In this document: positions 13,301 to 22,790 of the stretch, piece by piece
Position numbering within the stretch: the stretch's first letter is position 1
Layout: each line of letters opens with the position of its first letter
Assembly (NCBI GenBank): GCA_964016885.1
Contig: OZ024742.1
Span: forward strand, 263,562,001 to 263,626,000
Source: Eledone cirrhosa
Taxonomy: Eukaryota
Reading direction: 5' to 3'
Length of the DNA: 64,000 nucleotides
Notes under the pieces: generated by a model
The model's input: only the letters and a program-made list of their open reading frames with translations
Told to the model about the DNA's origin: nothing
Database searches by the model: none
Program-made: the position numbers and the translations under genes

Positions 13301-13960
13301 GATGTCAACCGAATCTTGTCCTAGCCCGTCAGCATTCATCTCCTCAGTGGCCGTATCTCTGTTCCAGGTATTATTTATCTCAGTATTCAGATCATTGTCT
13401 GCTTCGGGTGGTTCCTCCGTTCTCAGGACCTCTTCACCCTCATTTCCCACTGGCTCGCTTGTCTGGCATACTACACCCGCCATCTCCAAGCCATTCTCTC
13501 TGCTCAGTTCCTCCAGTTCCAGCTCGCTTATCCACCCATTAGTTCTTATTACCCGAGCCTGCCCGGCCAATTTTTGTTCATCTAATTTAAATAAACCAAT
13601 CTCGTTCCAGATGTTATGCATCCGTCTCCTGTAGCCCCTCTCCTTGGGGTTACTTTTCAGGTAGCATTGCATAACAGTTCTATTCAATTCTTTCGTCCAG
13701 TTGGTTCTGGCCTCTTTCCTTCTTCTTCTTCCTCCAACATCAGCAGTATTTGGTTGACAGTCAGGTTCCTGCTGCTGAGCCAGGGGGCACCTGTTGGGTG
13801 AGAGTCTGTCACATGACGTTCTAGTCTCCATTTCACCGTTATTCGAACTGTTTATGTTCGATATTTAAACACTCTTATCGAGGATTGGCGAATGTATGGT
13901 TACATATCAATCTGTGGATCCGCCATCCCACTTGGCCCTTGTGTGGCATTATCACCACGC
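10365..13960 (-). mobile_element. Full-length-looking Dong/R4-clade non-LTR retrotransposon
   Basis: Single long ORF. Short 3' UTR ending at a (TAA)-rich tract. The 5' boundary is uncertain (about 13960, possibly 14914). Confidence 0.92.
10439..13831 (-). CDS. RT plus CCHC zinc knuckle plus restriction-like endonuclease (R4/Dong), 1130 aa, uninterrupted
   Basis: N-terminal WTKELN..CY..RGYRRRM..IW; KSPGPDG; NYRPITCL; DYRKAFD; GIFQGDSLS; FMDDLK; CRICGEREETVAHIVSEC; RHD; RPDLVVVD..DVACP..K..RY. Confidence 0.95.
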   Translation of the reverse strand: METRTSCDRLSPNRCPLAQQQEPDCQPNTADVGGRRRRKEARTNWTKELNRTVMQCYLKSNPKERGYRRRMHNIWNEIGLFKLDEQKLAGQARVIRTNGWISELELEELSRENGLEMAGVVCQTSEPVGNEGEEVLRTEEPPEADNDLNTEINNTWNRDTATEEMNADGLGQDSVDILNLVVDELNNDSGRPMNLRFVDRKKLKETTAKVNKVIPYLEVRSLHQCNDILKATANTVRKLLGIKARGNNRQERAEPWWKKRLSGQIGEMRNDIGKLESLLNGTLKNIGTKNRLEIKYKTRSKKLNIIIEELKQRIVAKSAKIRRYENRVSQYKQNRMFDNNQKMLFGQLEGKERGNDLIPGAEQTKTFWRGIWEQDVRHNAQAGWIETVQREIGEQAQQQTDLSITVETLKGQAKKLTNWKSPGPDGVQGYWIKHLTSLHPKLTAMFNDCLVSGEVPEWLTKGTTVLIMKDRIKGNDVTNYRPITCLSVMWKLLTSIVSEEIYHHLHTNNLLPDEQKGCRKKSRGTKGQLLIDKMVMGNCRRRHTDLAMGWIDYRKAFDMVPHSWITKSLEIFRVADNIRQLLGRSMGSWETELTSTGVSLGSVKIKRGIFQGDSLSALLFVLALMPLTIMLRKVRAGYKLGRGELTINHLLFMDDLKLFGKSEKELDVLVDTVRIFSSDICMQFDIGKCGVIVMKRGRLSRSNGIQIPTGEMIKEIDSEEGYKYLGVLEADGIKNKKMKELLRTEYIRRVRSVLKSHLNSRNAISAVNSRAVSIIRYSAGILRWNVAEQKEMDRKTRKLLTIYNMFHKRSDIDRLYLRRSEGGRGLISIEDCVQMEKNNLYKYVTYSKEPMLRTVLKEGTVGQGMSKEEITSRRKSSLKGKSLHSTFFEKTEFRDPQTWNWLRRGDLKKATEGMLMAAQEQALKTKWLKHHIYKEEASPLCRICGEREETVAHIVSECKHLAQTHYKGWRHDVIGRVIHWHLCKVNNLPHSEKWYEHRPEAVMENNQVKVLWDFRIQTDKKLEHNRPDLVVVDKEKRSCLIVDVACPFDTRVQEKEREKINRYQDLKWEVKRIWNCHEVKVIPIVIGALGTISKSFQRWLKKIGPFTLFGTLQKACLLGTARTLRYVLNI

Positions 13961-14916
13961 TGTATACGAACACACATAAACAAACAAACACACAGGCAGA
14001 AAGGGCCCCAAAAATGAATAAGCATAAGTTTCATTGTAATGTAGTGTTCGAATGTCTGACTTAGTTTTTGTTTTTTAAGTTTTACTTTCCCCCCCCCCCC
14101 TCTTCTCTGTCCGTCCGCCTGCTTCTCTCTTCATTCTTATTTTCTTTACGTTTTTGGGGTTTCTTTTTTTGTTTTTGTTTTTCTCTGTTTGTTTTTCTCG
14201 TTTTTACTGTTGTTGCTGTGCTGCTTTGGTTTTGTTGTTTGTTTTTTCTTTTTTCTTTTGAGTCTATCTATATATTTTGATGCCTTCCTCTTTGTTAGTA
14301 GTAGGAATTCTATAATGTGGAAGTAGCAGCCAGCAGGGAGAAGTGGGAGACTGGCGGCGGTAGCGATACTGAGACAGTGGTGGCGGTGATGTCGATACCG
14401 AGGCAGTGGTGGCGGTGATGTGACCGTATTACTGTAGTGATGGTGCTGTAGCGGTGGCAGTAGTGAAGGAGTCAAGGGGTGGTGGCGGCGGTGATGGGAT
14501 AGTGGTGGTAATGATGGCCGTAGTGAGCGGTGGCGGTGAAGGTGAAAATGCCGTTATCTGGCTGTTGTGTTTAGTGTACACAGATGATGGGGTGGGTGGT
14601 GTATCTAGTTTCTGGTGTGGTGAGTTTGGCTGTCCTATATAGTGTAGCCAGAGGAGAGGAGGGGGGGGGGTTCTTCTTCCATTTATAGCCATTTTCTTTT
14701 TTGGATATACAGTGTACAATACAAAGTTGAATATTTGAATATTTGAGCCTTATAACAATATATTTTGGGTCCGAATTTTTTTGGGCTCAACCGGGTGCTT
14801 TACGTAGCATTTGTACTAAGAGTTGTTATTTCACAAATGATTTAAATATGTTAAAAATTCAAAACTTACGGGAGCGATTTCATGACCTCCGTCACCTCGT
14901 GCGTCTTCTTCCCTTA

Positions 14917-14985
<69 letters not shown>

Positions 14986-14987
<2 letters not shown>

Positions 14988-17312
14988 TTTGATTCTCAGT
15001 CATTGATGTTATTTAACTGGAAAGTAGAGGGTCGGACGCCATGCTTTGAGGCATACAGTTACGGCCCTTGCCATTCTGAGTTTTATTATTATTATTGTTC
15101 TTTGAGTCTCAGTCATTGATGTTATTTAACTGGAAAGTAGAGGGTCGGACGCCATGCTTTGACGCATAGAGTTACGGCCCTTGCCATTCTGAGTTCAAAT
15201 CCCGCCGAGGTTAACTTTGCCTTTCATCCTTACGGGGTCGATAAAATAAAGTACCAGTAATGTACTGGGTAATTACTGGCCTTGTGCCAAATGTAGAAAC
15301 AGTTATTTAACTGGAAAGTTTGTTGAAATGAATATCAAGCCACTACCTACAGTCTCAGATATTCAGGACGTATCGGAGGGTTCTTGCTGTTCCCAGCAAG
15401 CATGCCTTTTGAAGTGTTCCAAAAAGCGGGGCGGGACCAATTTTCTTTAACCATCCTTGGAAACTCTTTCAGATAGTACCTAGTGCGCCTATGACAATCG
15501 GGACCACTTTGTCTTCATGGCAGTTCCAAATCTTTTTTTACCTCCCACTTCAAGTCCTGGTATTGGTTAATTTTCTCCCTCTCCTTCTGTTGCACTCTCG
15601 TGTCGAATGGGCAGGCCACATCCACAATCAGGCACGATCTTTTTTCTTTGTCCAAAACCACCAGGTCAGGTCTATTGTGTTCCAGTTTCTTCTCCGACTG
15701 TGTCCTAAAATCCCACAGCACCTTCACCTGATCGTTTTTTATCACCGACTCTGGCTAATGCTCATACCACTTCTCAGAATGTGGTAAATTGTTTACTTTG
15801 CATAGGTGCCAGTGGATCACCCTGCCCATCACATCATGTCTCCAGCCCTTATAGTGAGTCTGGGCTAGGTGTTTACACTCGGATACAATGTGAGCCACAG
15901 TCTCCTCTCTCTCTCCACAGATCCTACACAGTGGGCTAGCCTCCTCCTTATAAATATGGTGTTTCAGCCACTTCGTTTGGAGGGCCTGCTCTTGCACAGC
16001 CATTAGCATTCCTTCTGTAGCCTTTTAAAGGTCTCTTCTTTTCAACCAGTTCCATGTCTGTGGATCTCTAAATTCAGTTTTCTCAATGAAGGTACTATGA
16101 AGGGATTTTTCATGAAGGTTGCTCTTTCTCCTTGTTGTTATTTCCTCCTTGGACATCCCCTGGTCTATTGTCCTCTCCTTCAGTACAATTCTGAGCATTG
16201 GCTCCCTACTATCAGTCACATATTTGTGTAGGTTGTTTTTCTCCATCTGAACACATTCCTCTATGCTGATAAGACCTCTTCCAGCTTCAGATCTCCTTTA
16301 GTAGAGTCTATCGACATCACTCCTCTTGTGGAACATGTTGTAGATAGTCAATAGCTTCCTAGTCTTCCTATCCATTTCTTTTTGTTCAGCAACATTCCAT
16401 CTCAGAATTCCCGCACTGTACCTAATAATAGACACATCTCGGGAATTTACTGCACTTATGGCATTCCTACTGTTCAGATGTGACTTTAATACGCTCCTTA
16501 CTCTCTGAATGTATTCAGATCTTATCAATTCCTTCATTTTTTTTTGTTCTTGATGTCATCAGCCTCCAGAACACCTAAATACTTGTATACATCTTCAGTG
16601 TCAATTTCCTTTATCATCTCACCTGTTGGTACCTGGATTCCGTTGCTTCTGCTCAATTTACCCCTCTTCATCACAAGGTCTCCACACTTACTAATACCAA
16701 ATTGCATACATATATCATTGCTGAAAATACGGAGAGTGTCAACAAGCATATCCAGCTCCTTCTCACTCTTCCCGAAGAGCTTAAGATCATCCATGAATAG
16801 GAGGTGATTAATGGTAAGCTCTCCATTTCCCAACTTGTATCCTGCTCTCACCTTTCGCAGTACAATGGTCAGGGGGATCAGGGCAAGGACAAACAACAGA
16901 GGGGACAAACTATCTCCCTGGAAGATACTTCTCTTGATCCTCACGCCTCCCAAGGATTCTCCGCCTGATGGTAACTCTGTTTTCCAGGACTTCATACTTT
17001 TGCTCAACAACTGTCTGATGTTATCTGCCACCCTGAAGATCTCTAGGCTTTTGGTTATCCAAGAATGAGGTACCATGTCGAATGCCTTTTTGTAGTCTAT
17101 CCATCCCATGGTAAGACCAGTGTGTCTCCTCCTGCAATTTCTCATTACCATCTTATCAATAAGTAACTGGTCTTTTGTACCATGGGGCTTCTTTCGGCAT
17201 CCTTTCTGTTCGTCCGGTAACAAGTTGTTTATGTGGAGGTGATGGTAGATTTCCCCAGACACAATGTTTGTTAACAGTTTCCACATTACGGACAGACATG
17301 TGATAGGTCTAT
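14986..17312 (-). mobile_element. 5'-truncated, frameshifted copy of the same Dong/R4 family
   Basis: ORF pieces 15515-17286 closely match the 1130-aa ORF. (TAA)n on both sides. A SINE is inserted in the 3' UTR. Confidence 0.92.
15139..15301 (+). mobile_element. 5'-truncated tRNA-SINE inside the Dong 3' UTR, 18-bp TSD
   Basis: TSD gttatttaactggaaagt at 15121-15138 and 15302-15319. Confidence 0.9.
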
Positions 17313-17315
17313 ATA

Positions 17316-17346
<31 letters not shown>

Positions 17347-17357
17347 ATATATATATA

Positions 17358-17644
17358 TTGAACATTTTCAATTTTTGATGGACCGGCAACCGCTCTGTAT
17401 AATCAGTTCCTGATTATTACTGGAATTCTATAAGAATCCAACATTCATAATTTTCAACAAACAAAGGGAGTGCTAAGCTCTGAGGAATACCAACAGTATG
17501 AAACAGTGATCTGTCAGCTTATCTCCCTTTGTTTGTTGAAAAAAGAAGTAAGTGACATAGTCACTACTTTAAAACAATAGCGTAAGCTCTTCAAAATGTT
17601 TTTAATTAAGCATACAGTCTATTGCAAAATACACTATATACACA

Positions 17645-17648
<4 letters not shown>
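17358..17648 (+). mobile_element. ORF-less HHR-bearing repeat, family D (paralogue at 46201-46560)
   Basis: Bounded by (TA)n. Aligns by eye with 46270-46560 along its whole length. Confidence 0.75.
17451..17542 (+). ncRNA. Canonical type-I hammerhead ribozyme
   Basis: TAAGCT-CTGAGGA-ATAC(caaca)GTAT-GAAACAG(tgat)CTGTC-AGCTTA. Stem I is extended by a perfect 20-bp helix (17451-17470 with 17523-17542). Predicted cleavage after GUC at 17515. Confidence 0.9.
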
Positions 17649-17717
<69 letters not shown>

Positions 17718-18231
17718 CATTATAAAGAAAGAAGAAACATTAGATATAATTAATAAAATATACCATACCCAAATTCCTTCATTACTCCTCGACTACGTAG
17801 TTTCGTGGCATATTATGCAAAAACACTACATCACAGAGATATAGAATTTTTGTGAGGTCTGCCGACTTATCAAGAGGATATATATATATATATATTTCCC
17901 GCCATGGGACTTGGAGACTAGAGCCGAATGCTGCCATTCTATTGTACAGTGATTGGAGACACAATTTTTCTAATAACCAATCTTTCACTAACCTATTAAT
18001 TTGTGTTTGAGATACGTTGGCTGAGTGCTTATAGCGGGAGCGGAACTATTTGAATTTCGTCTCCTGCCGTCACGTAAATTTCTGAATCAGTAACCAATCG
18101 TTTGACGGCATTGTGATGATGCGTAAGGATTTCAGTTGCTATTGTTTTACTGTGTTGGCCGTCACATACAGTCATAGCAGACACGGATTTGAATCGAATT
18201 CTGTGGATCGATTGGTTATTGATTAGGCGAA

Positions 18232-18344
18232 ACCCGCTGATGAAGCCACATGCGCCGATTGTGCATTGTTACATAATAAATGCAGACAGAGGATGGTGTG
18301 CACTCTGCTGCTGCATTAAGTGGGGCCGAAACTCGAGTACGAGT
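18232..18344 (+). ncRNA. Type-I hammerhead with large branched stem II insertion
   Basis: ACCCG-CTGATGA-aGCCAC...GTGGGGCC-GAAAC-TCGA-GTA-CGAGT. Loop III is palindromic. Confidence 0.65.
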
Positions 18345-18490
18345 AAAGATTGAAGATACCCATTTACGTGTGTTGTATTGAAGCGAATAACTATGTGTCA
18401 ACTCTGGGAGTCTACTTAACATTACCTATTGAGTACGTTGAGATGCAACCGGTCCTAGCAGTGAAACCCATGCTAGTTCCGTCAACTTAT

Positions 18491-18551
<61 letters not shown>

Positions 18552-18887
18552 AGAGAGGGGGAAGAGAGAGACATATGGGTGATCCATACATGTATTAATT
18601 ATGTTTTAATATCTCTGTGTGTGCATTGGTTGTGTATACATATAGTTATTCTTTTATATCCAATTGAGTTCTTATACACGTGGTTAATACCTAACTGGTT
18701 TAAATGACCAGCGTGTATATTGTTTTATTTTAAGATGACCTCCCTTTACCCTTTTGGGGACAGCGTGTATTTTATCTTTGGCAGGACTGCTGGATTTTCT
18801 AATCTACCAGTCTCTTCTTAGCGCCGAGGGAGACCATCACTATTCTATTAATGTCGATATAATTCTTATATCGATATTATTTGGGCA

Positions 18888-19010
18888 TCCACTGATGAGT
18901 TTATAAGTGCCCGTTTGTGTATAAAACTATGGATTATATATAAGTTTCTACATAACCTGGAAATTATTTATCCCAAATTGTAGAAATCTTATAACGAAAC
19001 GGCCGTCTGT
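18888..19010 (+). ncRNA. Type-I hammerhead with large stem II insertion (weak stem I)
   Basis: CTGATGA-GTTTATAAG...CTTATAAC-GAAAC-GGCC-GTC. Loop III is palindromic. Confidence 0.55.
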
Positions 19011-19184
19011 AAGGAAAGAGATATTTATTTAATAATGTCTCATATAAAATAATACAACCAACTATCCACGAAATACTGATTAGTTAGCACCCCAAACACT
19101 AAATTGGGATAATACTTAGGTATATCCTAATGTTTGTTGAGTGAGATGGAGTTGGTCGGAGTATCGCTTAAGGCTTTCTCTGTT

Positions 19185-19271
<87 letters not shown>

Positions 19272-19278
<7 letters not shown>

Positions 19279-20030
19279 TCTGAATTTGTTTAGCAAGATT
19301 CTTTATCTGAAAACGTGTGTTGAAGCCGATATTGTTATACTTTGGGAGGGTCATGTTGCCAATAAGAAACACACGCACCAGTTGCTTTCACTTCAATTTA
19401 TTATAATACATTTATAATCCGGTTGGTTGGTTGGTTGGTTCCACAGCCCTATGATTGTTTATATATTGTCAAAGTTCTTTCGTCACACATTCTGTGACCT
19501 CTTCAGTGACTGGGGATTCTTTTCTTTTAGACGCAATGTTTAGACAAATCACAGAGGCAATAAACATAAATGAACTCCAACCAAAATTAATTAGAAAACA
19601 TGAGTGGAACAGCAACATCACGACTTACAATTAAGGACAAAATGAAAACACACACGCACATAGAACAAAAAACCAACCAGTAACATGTAAATAAACAAAT
19701 AAATGAACAAATATAAACACACACAGACACCCAGATGTAACACATGCGCAAACTAAGCACACAACACACACACAAAAACAAGATGGCGTAGGACAGAACA
19801 AAGGAGAGGCACAAAAACAAAGAAAAGAATCCCCAGTCACTGAAGAGGTCACAGAATGTGTGACGAAAGAACTTTGACAATATATAAACAATCATCTGGT
19901 TGTGGAACCAACCAACCAACCGGAAATTTACAAATTCCTAAATTTATAAATTTATTATAATAAATTGAAGTGAAAGCAACTGGTGCGTGTGTTTCTTATT
20001 GGCAACATGACCCTCCCAAAGTATAACAAT
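19272..20030. mobile_element. PLE family A inverted insertion (reverse pLTR plus tail, then forward ORF 3' end plus pLTR)
   Basis: 19330-19527 is the reverse complement of 19825-20030. 19530-19633 encodes the GIY-YIG C-terminus. HHR motifs at 19468-19510(-) and 19835-19878(+). (TA)n on both sides. Confidence 0.88.
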
Positions 20031-20040
20031 ATATATCTAT

Positions 20041-20084
<44 letters not shown>

Positions 20085-20109
20085 GGAACGCGAAGAAATT
20101 TTTTTACCT

Positions 20110-20712
20110 AGGTTTTATCGTGTATTTTCAACTAAACCGACCTCCGACATGTTTGCAATTGCCTTCTTTTCCGAAAACGGAATGGTGGCGTGATGGGGGA
20201 ACACTCGAATTTTCTCAACATCGGAGATTTCTTCAGTGCGAATAACAGGCAGGCATGCAGGGAGGGGGACGATCGGAATTACAGGTCCGCATCTCTCAGC
20301 CGTTGAGATTTATACAAAAGCAATCACTAGATACTGAAGGAAATTTTGATCCTTCATCATTTTGTACTGTTAATCGTTGTATACTTCTCAGCCGTTTAAA
20401 TCTATAGAAAAACACCCGCTTGGAATCGTGAGAAATTTTTTTTACCGAGGCGTTTTCGTTTTTTTCAACTAATCTGAGCTCCGAGATACTTGCAATCACC
20501 TTCTTTTCTGAAAACGGAATGGGAGGGCCTAGAGGAGGGGAACCCTTGGATTTTCCCAGCCTCGGAGATTTTATCAGTGTGAATAACAAAGGCAGGAAGT
20601 GAGGGGGACACTCGGACCTACAGAGAAGCACCTGTCACTCGTTTAGATTTTTAGAAAAGCAATCAATTGATACTCAAGGATGTTTTGATCCTTCATCATT
20701 TTGTACTGTTGG
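20110..20712. repeat. Diverged tandem duplication, about 337-bp unit, roughly 2 copies
   Basis: ttcttttc-gaaaacggaatgg at 20164 and 20501. ttttgatccttcatcattttgtactgtt at about 20344 and 20683. Confidence 0.7.
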
Positions 20713-20962
20713 GGAAAGCGTTGTAAACTTAATTAATCAAATGTTAATACGAATGAAATACTGAAAAACGCACCTCCTTCTCAAATTGGGTTTTGTTTTA
20801 CAAATACATACTGCTTAATGCACACATTAGAATGGCCATGACAATAAGTAAACACACATACATATACACGTACACAGGCAGAGTCTAATGCTACATTTTC
20901 AATCAAGTCTTATATTTCCTTTCTTTTGATTAGCACAAAGATCGGATAAAATATCAATTTAC

Positions 20963-21060
20963 TTTGGAGGAAATAGCAAAACCTCATTTACTTGTATTTC
21001 CTCTATTGTCTGTGAATTGTTTCCTTTAGGTTTCTTGATAGAGCTTCCTTCCAAGTCCCC
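20963..21060 (-). CDS. Candidate host-gene exon (GDLEGSSIKKPKGNNSQTIEEIQVNEVLLFPP)
   Basis: Acceptor caatttctttacAG, donor AA|GTAAAT, 98 nt, phase 0 in and 2 out. Confidence 0.55.
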
Positions 21061-21699
21061 CTGTAAAGAAATTGAATGTGTAAAGATCTCTTGAAATAAA
21101 CCCCACAATAATAACAACAACTGTATCAACAGAAGCTTTAAGAGAATTATGAACATCAACAACGATAGCAAGAAGAACAACAAAGTCCAGTTTTTCCACT
21201 TTTACAAAATACACAGATTAAAATATCACCTGGATATGGTACGGTTTTTTGTTATATCAAATTCTGTTTCTCAAACTTCTCGTCACTAAATGTACAACAT
21301 CCAGATATATCTACAACCTAGAATGATACTTATAGTACCATCAAGCCAACGTATAAGTAGCTACATGATCGCTCGACCTGCTAGAAATAGCAATCAAATC
21401 ACAGTTTCATCATTGGCATTCTTTCTGTTGTGAGAATTTGATTTCATTAAATTTATCTCTGTTTAAAATGGGTGTACAAGCCTATTTTTAACATACAAGA
21501 ATCTGATAAAAAGAACACCAGAACTGGAGAACATGTAGGTTCAAGAATCCTCATTATCAGCCTGCTTCTGAATGCTGATATCTCGTTCTGTCAGCTTCTT
21601 ATTCATGGTTTCTTTCAAAGAAATTGCATCATGTATTTAAGAACGAGGCAAATTACCTGTAGATTTGAAAATGCAGCCACTCTAACCATATTAAATAAA

Positions 21700-22100
21700 A
21701 AAGAGAACATACACATTATTGAAACTGTGGAGGTATATCTCGACTATTCATTGCTGGAAAAATTCTCTCTCCTTGAGAGATTGATTCCCAGTGCAAAACG
21801 AATATTTCCGAAAAGCCAATGTGGATTTGATTGTGAAACCGTCAGGAAACGTGTATAGAACAATGTTTTCTGTACACACTTTTCTATGATCTTTGTCAAA
21901 GTGTTTGATGTAGTGCCACATGGCAATATGTGGTGCGCTTCGATTGACAGCTTAGCCTCTGACGAGTTGTTCAAGTACTTCATGAAACTATGACAGGATA
22001 TATGCTCTAGTGGAGAAACCCTTCTCCAGCTATTCATATTGGAATCATACCCTAGAAAAGGATACGTTGATTAAAATGTTCCTCGATTCCCTGCACATAC
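21700..22100 (+). mobile_element. Very degraded RTE-like RT fragment
   Basis: Remnants SQCGF and F-DL-KVFDVVP across frameshifts. Confidence 0.4.
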
Positions 22101-22359
22101 AATACGTATTGACAACGACCGGAATGCCTTTAATCATAAGTTTGTATGAATATGAATGAACTGCGGCTAGAAAACAATAGCCATAACAACAACAACAACA
22201 ACAACAACAACAAAATCATAAAAGCCGATAACTATAAATGGATGGTTCCCACTATCGCGATTTAAATAAAAAATGCCATTACCAATAAGTATGTATCATG
22301 ACTAGTAGATTGACATTTCAATAAAACTTATAGACGACACCACAAAAGTTCATACTTAC

Positions 22360-22404
22360 ACTATAATGTAACAATTGTCTGCCCCTGTCTTTTATAACTT
22401 CCGT
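22360..22404 (-). CDS. Candidate host-gene exon (TEVIKDRGRQLLHYS)
   Basis: Acceptor tttgttttcttttctgcAG, donor AGT|GTAAGT, 45 nt, phase 0-0. Confidence 0.6.
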
Positions 22405-22569
22405 CTGCAGAAAAGAAAACAAATATCATATACATATAGCTGTATGATGAGTATTTTAACAAGGAAAATACGATTATCATGCAAATAAATGTAAGATGGT
22501 AGTAGGTAACTGTTAAAGAATTGAAGAGATGAAATAATATCAGAAAAAGAAAGAAACAAACAAATAGAA

Positions 22570-22790
22570 TAATGATTTTTAACATAGGCACGAGACCAAC
22601 AGTTTTTGGTAGGGGAAAGTCGATGAATCGATCACAGTACTTGATTGGTACTTTATTTTATCGACCCCGGAAGGAAAGGATGAACGGCAAAGTTAACCAT
22701 GGCGGATTTGAACTCAGAAAGTAAAGAGCTGGAACAAATACTGCTAAGCATTTGTCCGATGCTCTAACGATTCAGCCAAACCACTGCTCT
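22570..22790 (-). mobile_element. tRNA-SINE, older subfamily
   Basis: ggtactttattttatcgacccc...gatttgaactcag core. Confidence 0.8.

Noticed and set aside
13860-13960. HDV-like ribozyme at the Dong 5' end (TCCTCG, GGCGAATG)
   Set aside because: The two motifs lie on opposite strands and P1-P3 pairings could not be built.
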